Source: an uncultured Lachnospiraceae bacterium (lineage in GTDB: Bacteria; Bacillota; Clostridia; Lachnospirales; Lachnospiraceae). Taken from it: a stretch of 64,000 bases of DNA. Below the pieces are notes generated by a model. That model made no database searches, was not told the origin of the DNA, and saw only the letters and a list, made by a program, of their open reading frames with translations. Shown in pieces: positions 17,160-24,401 of the stretch; positions within the stretch are counted from its first letter, which is position 1; each line of letters begins with the position of its first letter. The position numbers were made by a program, and so were the translations under genes. Location of the stretch: positions 4,583-68,582 of the forward strand of contig CAJUMC010000004.1 of assembly GCA_910587085.1 (NCBI GenBank), given 5' to 3'.

Positions 17160-18181
17160 ACAAGTCCTTTCTTTTTGTTTTCAATCCACCAGCTCCCTGC
17201 GCCAATCCTTCCAGCCAGATGAAGAACAGCAGTTTCGGCATCCTGTGCATAGGAACACTCCGGATTGCAGAATTTCATATGATGGAATATCTCCGATTTT
17301 TGAAAATCATACGAACCATTGATGGTTTGAAGTATCTGCTCCACTGCCCGATAAATGCCTTCCACTCTATTTTCCGCGCCGGCGGTATCGGCCGGGAAAG
17401 AACAATCTTTATGTTGCCCCGGCGCAAAGGTACCGGCAATCACCCCCATTTTCTCTGTCAGAATATATGCTTTTTCAATATCCTCTTCTTCCATCGCCAG
17501 TCTGATCAGGGATAAATAGGTGGAAATCAATGTCTGATGCTCGCAGAACAGAGCCGTTTCCAGGATTTCGTACGCTTCTTTCGTTTTTCCCTGCTCCTCA
17601 TACAGTCTTCCCAGGTATAATTTTTTCCGTGGATCATGATCCGAGAAATACCGCAGATACTCTTCTGCCTTTGCATATTCTTTTTTTCTTAAATAGAAGC
17701 CGAACAGAGAGTCAGCGGCATAATGCTTTATTTCCTCATTTTCATCCTCCAATGCGGTTTCATACCATAAATTTATCTGCGTGTCATATTTTTCCGGCTC
17801 TGTGCAGGCGCCTGTCGTTCTTCTGGCATCAAGCATTACGGCAATCTGCCAGATCAGCATATTGCAGTTCGGATATTCTTTTATCCTTCCCAGCGCCCAT
17901 TCATATACCTTCTCAAACTCTTCTGTTTCAAACATGCTGTCGATCTGCCGGACAATGTCACCGATTTCCGATAATGTAAGCCCCTCACGGAATGACATTA
18001 ATGTATCAAGCGAAATGCGAAGCAGCCGGGCAATGGGAGCCAGCAATTCAATATCCGGATTCGAATTTCCATTCTCCCATTTATTCACTGCCGGAGCCGT
18101 CACGCCAAGCCGGTTTGCCATTTCCTCCTGCGTCAGCCCCGCTTCTTTTCTGTATTTCCTGATCACGCTGCCAATATTCAT
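17156..18181 (-). CDS. HTH-XRE transcription regulator with a C-terminal TPR-like domain (RNPP/Rgg/PlcR-like architecture)
   Basis: The likely start is MNIGSVIRKYRKEAGLTQEEMANRLGVTAPAVNKWENGNSNPDIELLAPIARLL, with a GGAGG RBS. The ORF track extends the ORF to 18241. The C-terminal roughly 270 aa are helical-repeat-like and rich in Y/E/A/L. Confidence 0.88.
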   Translation of the reverse strand: MNIGSVIRKYRKEAGLTQEEMANRLGVTAPAVNKWENGNSNPDIELLAPIARLLRISLDTLMSFREGLTLSEIGDIVRQIDSMFETEEFEKVYEWALGRIKEYPNCNMLIWQIAVMLDARRTTGACTEPEKYDTQINLWYETALEDENEEIKHYAADSLFGFYLRKKEYAKAEEYLRYFSDHDPRKKLYLGRLYEEQGKTKEAYEILETALFCEHQTLISTYLSLIRLAMEEEDIEKAYILTEKMGVIAGTFAPGQHKDCSFPADTAGAENRVEGIYRAVEQILQTINGSYDFQKSEIFHHMKFCNPECSYAQDAETAVLHLAGRIGAGSWWIENKKKGLV

Positions 18182-18355
18182 CTGCAAACCTCCAAAAGCT
18201 TTTGTAACTGAATTATAACAAAAAAACATATATCCTGCCATTGATTTGCTGTTAATTAATATTCATCTTTTTTAACCAATAGTAAATTTAATAAAAACAG
18301 AGGCTGACGCGATTTTTTGTATCCTTCGATTCTTCATCTTCCGCTGTTCCGGATT

Positions 18356-18387
18356 TTTACATTGTTAAGATTAAGTGATATAATCTT
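18356..18387 (+). promoter_or_regulatory. Sigma-A promoter with an overlapping inverted-repeat operator for the TetR-family gene
   Basis: TTTACA (18356-18361), a 17-nt spacer, then TATAAT (18379-18384) preceded by TG. The inverted repeat AAGATTA (18367-18373) / TAATCTT (18381-18387) straddles the -10 box. Confidence 0.6.
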
Positions 18388-18415
18388 GTCAGTGATAAGA
18401 TTGGAGGAAAGATAT

Positions 18416-19033
18416 ATGAGAGAAAAATCATATCATCACGGAGATTTGCAGCGTGCTTTGATTGAAACAGGAATAGAGTTTATTAAACAGGAGGGATAGA
18501 ACGCATTATCTTTACGCAAAATAGCTGAAATATGCGGCGTCAGCAATGTTGCCCCTTATGCTCATTTTAAGACGAAAGATGAATTTACCGTTGCAATGCA
18601 GCGGTATGTTATGGATTTATTTACCGCCGCATTAGAAAAAACAGCCGCGGATTACAAAGACAGCCCCTCTTTACTTCTTATGCTCGGCAAAGCGTATGTA
18701 ATGTTCTTTTATCAAAATCCGTTTTACTATGATTTTCTGTTTTCACGCAAAAACATCAGCATAAAATTATCTCTTGACAATGCCGATACAAATGAAAATC
18801 CACCGCTGGCTGTTCTGCAGAAAACGGCTATACCGGTTTTCCGCAAAGCAAAACTTCCGGAAAAAATTATACAGGATAAGATTATCGCTATATGGGCTTT
18901 GGTTCACGGGCTGGCTGCCATTGCTGCAATGCCAAATATTGAATTTGACGACAATTGGGAAGGAAGAATAGAAGAAATCATGAAATCCATTTCCATGCCG
19001 GCGGAAATATCCGGCTCGAATTCAAAGGGGTAA
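18416..19033 (+). pseudogene. TetR-family regulator (GusR-like by position) interrupted by an in-frame TAG; its 3' end runs into the truncated GH2 gene
   Basis: One continuous frame reads MREKSYHHGDLQRALIETGIEFIKQEG-TAG(18497-18499)-NALSLRKIAEICGVSNVAPYAHFKTKDEF... This is the canonical TetR HTH split by a single stop codon. Confidence 0.75.
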
Positions 19034-20511
19034 GCCACACGGCATCCGTGTATCTGGACGGAAAGAAAATTGCATCCCATTACAACGCCTACACAATTTT
19101 TGATGCGATTGTCACAGATCTGGAAAATACGGTTCATACGCTTACGATCCGGGCGGACAACCGGTTCAGCAAAGACAGCGCCCTTCATATCCCAAACGAC
19201 TATATGTCATACGGCGGCGTGAGCAGGCCGGTTGTTCTGGAACAGATCCGCGGGCAGTACATCCGCAGCATCCGGGTAACTCCGCACTATCGGGAAAACT
19301 GCTGGCATGCGGACGCGGAGGTCGAGGTGCAAAACATCAGCGGTCAGACCGCAGATGTCGAGGTACAGCTCACACTCGCAGGGCAAAAGCTGCCTTCCCG
19401 GCATATTTCCCTGGAAGCCGGCGCTTCCGGAACACTGTGCTGGTCCGCAGTGTTCGAGGATGCTGAGGAATGGTCCCCGGAAAATCCGGCTCTTTACGAA
19501 GCGGCGGCATATCTGAAAAACGGGAACGAGCTGATCGACGATCTGATTGACCGGTTCGGCTTCCGCCGTGTGGAAATTTCAGGAAAGGATATTCTGCTGA
19601 ACGGAAAAAAACTGAGAATCCGAGGTCTGTGCCGCCATGAAGATCATCCGCAGTTCGGCTGCGCACTTCCATATTCCGCGATCGCAGCAGATCTGGAAAT
19701 TATCCGGCATCTGGGCGCAAATTCGGTGCGCACCTCGCACTATCCCAACGACGAGCTTTTTCTCGATTTGTGCGATGAACAGGGGATTCTTGTCTGGGAG
19801 GAGAATCACGCGCGCGGGCTGAGCGAGGCAGATATGAAAAACCCGAATTTCGAGGCACAGGCGGAACGGGTCATTGAGGAGATGATCCCCGCGCATTACA
19901 ATCACCCTTCCATCTATATCTGGGGAATTTTAAATGAGTGCGCCAGCGACAGCGAATACGGCCGGGAATGCTACCGAAAACAATTTGAGCTGATCCGGAA
20001 GCTGGATTCCTCCCGGCCCTGCTCTTTCGCAAGCTGCAAATTTAAAACGGATATCTGCTTTGATTTGCCGGATGTCGTCTCCTACAATATTTATCCTCTC
20101 TGGTATCACGATACCCTGGTTGATGAATATCTGAAGGATCTGTATTGCTGGGTTCAGGAGGAAACCGGAGGCGCCGGAAAGCCGTTTCTGGTTACGGAGA
20201 TCGGCGCCGGCGGGATTTACGGTTACCGCAATCCTGCCCATTCCAAATGGACGGAGGAGTACCAGGCCATGGCACTCGAACAGCAGCTGACCGGGGTGCT
20301 GAAGCATCCGGACTGCACAGGTGTCTATATCTGGCAGTTCTGTGATATCCGGGTCAGCGAGGAATGGTTCGGCGGAAGGCCGCGCACCATGAACAATAAG
20401 GGGATCGTGGATGAATACCGGAGAAGAAAACTTTCATACGATGTTGTCCGCCGGATATTCCTGGAGGACGCCGAAACCGCCGTTAAACACGCACAAACCG
20501 CCCTTCAATGA
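18955..20511 (+). CDS. uidA: GH2 beta-glucuronidase lacking about 60-65 N-terminal residues; possibly a pseudogene
   Basis: By-eye alignment to E. coli GusA starts at its residue 80 or so: AGQRIVLRFDAVTH against our AGGNIRLEFKGVSH. Other matches are RTSHYP, the acid/base segment ILNECAS, the nucleophile segment LVTEIGAGG and the glucuronate-specific N-x-K (MNNKGI). The region upstream is occupied by the TetR coding sequence. Confidence 0.8.
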   Translation: MGRKNRRNHEIHFHAGGNIRLEFKGVSHTASVYLDGKKIASHYNAYTIFDAIVTDLENTVHTLTIRADNRFSKDSALHIPNDYMSYGGVSRPVVLEQIRGQYIRSIRVTPHYRENCWHADAEVEVQNISGQTADVEVQLTLAGQKLPSRHISLEAGASGTLCWSAVFEDAEEWSPENPALYEAAAYLKNGNELIDDLIDRFGFRRVEISGKDILLNGKKLRIRGLCRHEDHPQFGCALPYSAIAADLEIIRHLGANSVRTSHYPNDELFLDLCDEQGILVWEENHARGLSEADMKNPNFEAQAERVIEEMIPAHYNHPSIYIWGILNECASDSEYGRECYRKQFELIRKLDSSRPCSFASCKFKTDICFDLPDVVSYNIYPLWYHDTLVDEYLKDLYCWVQEETGGAGKPFLVTEIGAGGIYGYRNPAHSKWTEEYQAMALEQQLTGVLKHPDCTGVYIWQFCDIRVSEEWFGGRPRTMNNKGIVDEYRRRKLSYDVVRRIFLEDAETAVKHAQTALQ

Positions 20512-20517
20512 AACAAA

Positions 20518-20567
20518 GCAGCTCCCTTCCGCGGCATGGTGCCGGAACGAAGGAGCTGCTTTATTTC
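20518..20567 (+). terminator. Rho-independent terminator after the GH2 gene
   Basis: Stem GCAGCTCCCTTC (20518-20529) / GAAGGAGCTGC (20549-20559) with one bulge, followed by TTTATTTC. Confidence 0.7.
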
Positions 20568-20729
20568 ATGCTTTTAACTTCATATCCCCGGGCATCAATG
20601 CGGAAAAGCCGGTAATCTGCATCTCTCCGGCACAGGTAGCAGCGGCAAAAAACTCTCCCTGAGCACCCGTATAATTCAGCCCTCCTGCACAAATAATACT
20701 CTTCATAAGAAGCACAAAGGAGAGTGATT

Positions 20730-21131
20730 ATGAAAAAAAATATAGCTACGGATTTCTTGCTGTGCGGGGCCTCGGGCTGGTGTATGGAATGCATGTGGAC
20801 CGGAATGGGATCCATTCTTGCCAAAAATGACAGGCAGCTTTCCTGCCGCACCTCCGTGTGGATGTTCCCGATTTACGGACTTGCCGCCTTTTTCTCCCCG
20901 GTCTGCAAAAAGATTGACAGACATTGCTCTTTCTTTCGCGGTACAGTCTACATGTTCTGTATCTACGCCACGGAATATACAACCGGAAAGCTTCTGAAAA
21001 AGTGGGACGCCTGCCCCTGGGATTACAGCTCGGCCAAATGGAATTATCAGGGCCTGATCCGCCTTGATTTTGCGCCGGCCTGGTTTCTGGCCGGCCTCTT
21101 TTATGAAAAGCTTTTAAAACATCAGGCCTGA
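20730..21131 (+). CDS. Small polytopic membrane protein (resembles the DUF1113/CmpB-like family)
   Basis: 133 aa from an ATG preceded by AAAGGAGAG. About four hydrophobic segments. The CPWDYS...G.IRLDFAPAWF motif recalls PF06541; this is from memory, not searched. Confidence 0.7.
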   Translation: MKKNIATDFLLCGASGWCMECMWTGMGSILAKNDRQLSCRTSVWMFPIYGLAAFFSPVCKKIDRHCSFFRGTVYMFCIYATEYTTGKLLKKWDACPWDYSSAKWNYQGLIRLDFAPAWFLAGLFYEKLLKHQA

Positions 21132-21251
21132 CGGCCGTTTACGCATCCATTCTGCTTTGGATTTTGCCGCCGGCTGCGAATATCAGTATGGAATGAACCG
21201 ATCAATACCATAGCCGGAAACATGCGGAACTCCCGCTTCCCGGCACAGCAG

Positions 21252-21280
21252 TTGAAAATACCGGAAAAGCATGCTATGAT
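21252..21280 (+). promoter_or_regulatory. Candidate sigma-A promoter for the HAD-GNAT gene
   Basis: TTGAAA (21252-21257), a 17-nt spacer, then TATGAT (21275-21280) preceded by TGC as an extended -10. It leaves a leader of about 150 nt. Confidence 0.55.
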
Positions 21281-21436
21281 CTAGGAGGCAGGCTGACTGG
21301 ATCAAGAAAATACTTCAGACAGCGGCACTTCCCCTGACCGATATCACGCTGGGCCAGGCCTCCTGCATTTCTTACCGCAGGACTGCGCTGCCCTGCCTTC
21401 AGGGAGGCTGCTTACAAAAAACCGGAGGATACCAAC

Positions 21437-22624
21437 ATGCTGAAAGCTGTAATTTTTGATATGGACGGTGTAATTATTGACAGCGAGCCGCTGCACGCCC
21501 GCGCCGCCATCCTTGCCATGAAAAAATACAATGTCGCACTGACGGAGGATTACTGTTATGGCTTTGTCGGCAGTACCGCCAGACACATGCTCGAGGTGCT
21601 GCGGGAGCAGTATTCGCTCTCCGCTTCTCTGGACGAGCTTATGGAAGCCAACGACCGGATGAAGGAAGCTCTGGTTGCAGCGGAAGGCTATCCCGCCATC
21701 CCTTTTGTGGGAGAGCTGATGGCCGCGCTGCACGGAGCCGGCCTGCGCCTTGCCATCGCTTCTTCCTCTCCCATGGAGGATATCCGCGAAACCGTCAGCC
21801 GGCTCCGGCTGACGGACTACCTGGAGTGCCTTGTCTCCGGAATGCAGGTTAAAAGTCCAAAACCTGCGCCGGATATTTTTCTGGAAGCGGCCGGCCGGCT
21901 CGGCGTTGCTCCTTCGGAATGCCTGGTTATCGAGGACTCCTGCAACGGTCTGAACGCTGCACGTTCGGCCGGAATGGCGCGGGTAGCTTTTTACAACCCG
22001 CATTCCGGAAAACAGGATCTCTCCGCCGCAAATTATGTGATCGAGGGATTTGAAGAAATTACCCCTGCTTTTCTTAACCGGGTATACTGCCATGCGACCG
22101 GCCAGCCTGCAGAAGTTGCGCGCACCGATCGCCTTTTCCTGCGGGAGCTTGCACTGTCCGACCTCCCGGCGCTTCACGCCATACTGAACAATCCGGAGAT
22201 TGCCCGGTTTTCCGGAGAGCCGGTCCGGCCGCTGGATGAGCGGATCAGCCTTCACAAATCATACATACATTTTGCCTACCGGTTCCGCGGATTCGGCCTC
22301 TGGGGAGTATTTCTGAAGGAAACCGGACAGCTGATCGGCCGGTGCGGCCTGGAGGAAGCCGAAAACGATTCCGGAACTGCAAGGATTGAAATCGGTTATC
22401 TGATTTCTCCGGAATTCCAGGGATGCGGATATGCTCTGGAAAGCGTGCGTGCGGTTCTTTCCTTTGCGTTCAACGAGCAGAAGCTTTCCGAGATTTATGC
22501 TGTTACCGCACCGGATAATTTCCGTTCGAATGCTCTGATTCAAAAACTAGGCTTTCGTCAGACAGGCACAATTTGCCGGAACGGAAAGACATGTCAGGAG
22601 TTTGTTCTCTCCAGCCCTGAATAA
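21437..22624 (+). CDS. Fusion protein: HAD-superfamily phosphatase (beta-phosphoglucomutase-like) plus a GNAT N-acetyltransferase (RimJ/RimL-like)
   Basis: 395 aa. HAD motif I is VIFDMDGVIIDSE, motif II is AIASSS and motif IV is VIEDSCNG. From about residue 230 the GNAT signature appears: LFLRELALSDLPALHAIL...QGCGYALESVRAVLSFAF. Confidence 0.88.
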   Translation: MLKAVIFDMDGVIIDSEPLHARAAILAMKKYNVALTEDYCYGFVGSTARHMLEVLREQYSLSASLDELMEANDRMKEALVAAEGYPAIPFVGELMAALHGAGLRLAIASSSPMEDIRETVSRLRLTDYLECLVSGMQVKSPKPAPDIFLEAAGRLGVAPSECLVIEDSCNGLNAARSAGMARVAFYNPHSGKQDLSAANYVIEGFEEITPAFLNRVYCHATGQPAEVARTDRLFLRELALSDLPALHAILNNPEIARFSGEPVRPLDERISLHKSYIHFAYRFRGFGLWGVFLKETGQLIGRCGLEEAENDSGTARIEIGYLISPEFQGCGYALESVRAVLSFAFNEQKLSEIYAVTAPDNFRSNALIQKLGFRQTGTICRNGKTCQEFVLSSPE

Positions 22625-22676
22625 CTCCGGCACCTCCCTTCCTGCGCAGTTTGGACGCCTTGTTTGACTTTATGTA

Positions 22677-22714
22677 GAAATCCATTGCCCGCAGCCCTGC
22701 GTGCAGTGGATTTC
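22677..22714. terminator. Hairpin between convergent genes; no clear U-tract
   Basis: 8-bp stem GAAATCCA (22677-22684) / TGGATTTC (22707-22714) with a 22-nt GC-rich loop. It lies between the HAD-GNAT stop and the lipoprotein stop. Confidence 0.3.
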
Positions 22715-22772
22715 CTGAAAATACAGCCTTTCAGTGGGGCTCTCCGAAATGCGATGCCTGCAAATGCGTATG

Positions 22773-23333
22773 CTACCTTACACCGCCGGAAGCACCACCT
22801 GCACCGGTACCTGTGGCACCCGTTCCGGTCGTGCTGTTCGTACCGGTGCCGGAACCGCTGTTTGTGCCGTTCACACCCGTACCGCCTGTCCCGGTTGTAC
22901 CATTAGTACCGGCGCCGTTTGTGCCATTGGTTCCATTTGCGCCGTTTGTACCGTTGGTGCCGTTCGTTCCGTTGGTGCCGTTCGTGATATCGTCCACCGC
23001 ATTATCGATTCCGTTGACAACATCATCCACACCGTTTTCCAGAGCACTTCCGCCGTTCGTGCCGGCGCCGTTGGTACCATTGTTTCCATTTGTGCCGTTG
23101 GTTCCATTGGTACCGTTCGTCCCGTTGTTTGTTCCGCCGGCTCCGTTATTCATGTCGTTGTCATCATTGTTTACGCCGTTACTGTTCTTGTCGTCGTTCG
23201 TGTCGTTCCCGTTCTGATTTCCTGAATTTTCATCCGTCGCGGAATTATTGTTGTCCGGATTGGAAGAACAGGCAGTCAGGCCGGATACTGCAAGACAGCC
23301 GCAGAGCAATAAGGCAAAAATCTTATTTTTCAT
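22773..23333 (-). CDS. Lipoprotein with low-complexity (Gly-Thr-Asn)n repeats
   Basis: 186 aa. Signal peptide and lipobox read MKNKIFALLLCGCLAVSGLTAC. RBS is GGAGGAG. Two GTNGTNGTNGTN... blocks flank the segment ALENGVDDVVNGIDNAVDDITNG. The repeat is a 9-bp periodicity, so several frames stay open on both strands. Confidence 0.8.
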   Translation of the reverse strand: MKNKIFALLLCGCLAVSGLTACSSNPDNNNSATDENSGNQNGNDTNDDKNSNGVNNDDNDMNNGAGGTNNGTNGTNGTNGTNGNNGTNGAGTNGGSALENGVDDVVNGIDNAVDDITNGTNGTNGTNGTNGANGTNGTNGAGTNGTTGTGGTGVNGTNSGSGTGTNSTTGTGATGTGAGGASGGVR

Positions 23334-23444
23334 GAATCTTCACTCCTCCTGTATCATTTTTTACAGGATTAGTATCCGCGATTCAATAAGAAATATTCGG
23401 TTATGAAAATTTTTTATCGCCGGACGGTGATCAGACCAGGCTTT

Positions 23445-24284
23445 TTAATCCTGCAGCTCTGTCATATACCGCCGGTAATGCAGCGGCAGCATATTTCTCT
23501 GAAGTTTCGCATTTTTTCGTTCTTCCACGGCAATTGCTCCGAAAAAGCATTTCCACAGGTTCTGAAACTGCGCCTCCCGGAAAGAACGCTTTGAAAACAG
23601 CTGCATTTCTTCCCCGGTGACCTGCCGCAGTACAAACGGGTAGCCAGCCCTGTGAAATGCCGCCTTTTTTCTCACCGTATCATAGATAATAAAGTTTTCT
23701 CCGGAAAATCGGTCTTCAAAATGAGGCGTGACAAGCTCAAGAATATCGTTTTTAGGAGCAAGTTTTGCCAGCAGTATTCCTTCTTCCGTTTCCTCAAAAC
23801 GCAGAAATCCTTCATATTCATGAGTCTCATGGGATACCTGGTGATTCATTTCAAAAACTGCATGTACATAGGTATCCGTCAGATGTCCCAGCACCCTTGC
23901 GCCCAGTCGGAAGGCGGACGGCAGAAAATGATAGACCGCATCCGCCTTGTCCGGCCGGCTGGAATAAAGCGCCCGCAGCACGGCTTCCAGAACCTCCTGC
24001 GATGTTCTGTTCCGCACGGATCGCACCACCTTCTGCGCCGCCTCCGTATCGGGTCTTACCGTGTGATATTCGCAGAAGAGCATAAAATTGGCATTCCCGG
24101 AAAGTTCCGGCACCGTAAGCCGGATAAATTCATGTCCGTAACGTGCATCCCATGCGGTATAAATCCCGCTTAAAATCCCCTCCAGGCTGTTTTCGCATTC
24201 GTAAACCCTGGTCGGCTGCCCGCTCCGCAGTTCCAACACTCTTCCCTCCCTTCCGTTCCGGCTTTCCATTCCGGCATGCACCAT
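23445..24284 (-). CDS. Putative DNA-metabolism protein, the usual partner of the radical-SAM repair-like enzyme (TIGR03915-like)
   Basis: 279 aa. The N-terminus VYECENSLEGILSGIYTAWDARYGHE resembles the family's start (YxYDGSxEGLLT). It lies directly downstream of the radical-SAM gene. The exact start is uncertain. Confidence 0.7.
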   Translation of the reverse strand: MVHAGMESRNGREGRVLELRSGQPTRVYECENSLEGILSGIYTAWDARYGHEFIRLTVPELSGNANFMLFCEYHTVRPDTEAAQKVVRSVRNRTSQEVLEAVLRALYSSRPDKADAVYHFLPSAFRLGARVLGHLTDTYVHAVFEMNHQVSHETHEYEGFLRFEETEEGILLAKLAPKNDILELVTPHFEDRFSGENFIIYDTVRKKAAFHRAGYPFVLRQVTGEEMQLFSKRSFREAQFQNLWKCFFGAIAVEERKNAKLQRNMLPLHYRRYMTELQD

Positions 24285-24401
24285 ACTTGATCTATCCGCC
24301 GATCAGCCCGGCGTCCGGCAGCAGGCCTTCTTCTGTCCCGGCATCGGCTGCGGTCATGTTCTGAAGCCGGCTGTCGTGAAGAACCTGGCTCTTCTTGCGT
24401 C

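Noticed and set aside
18317-18415. N-terminal extension of the TetR ORF (MYPSILHLPLFRIF...).
   Set aside because: It overlaps the promoter and operator. The ATG at 18416 follows a GGAGGAAAG RBS and starts the conserved TetR N-terminus.
22734-23225. Several overlapping ORFs on both strands across the GTN-repeat region.
   Set aside because: They arise from the 9-bp periodic repeat. Only the minus-strand frame has an RBS, a signal peptide and a lipobox.
23400-23444. Possible terminator after the TIGR03915-like gene (ATCACC-gtcc-GGCGAT followed by A/T-rich sequence).
   Set aside because: The stem has an internal mismatch and there is no contiguous U-tract, so it is too weak to call.
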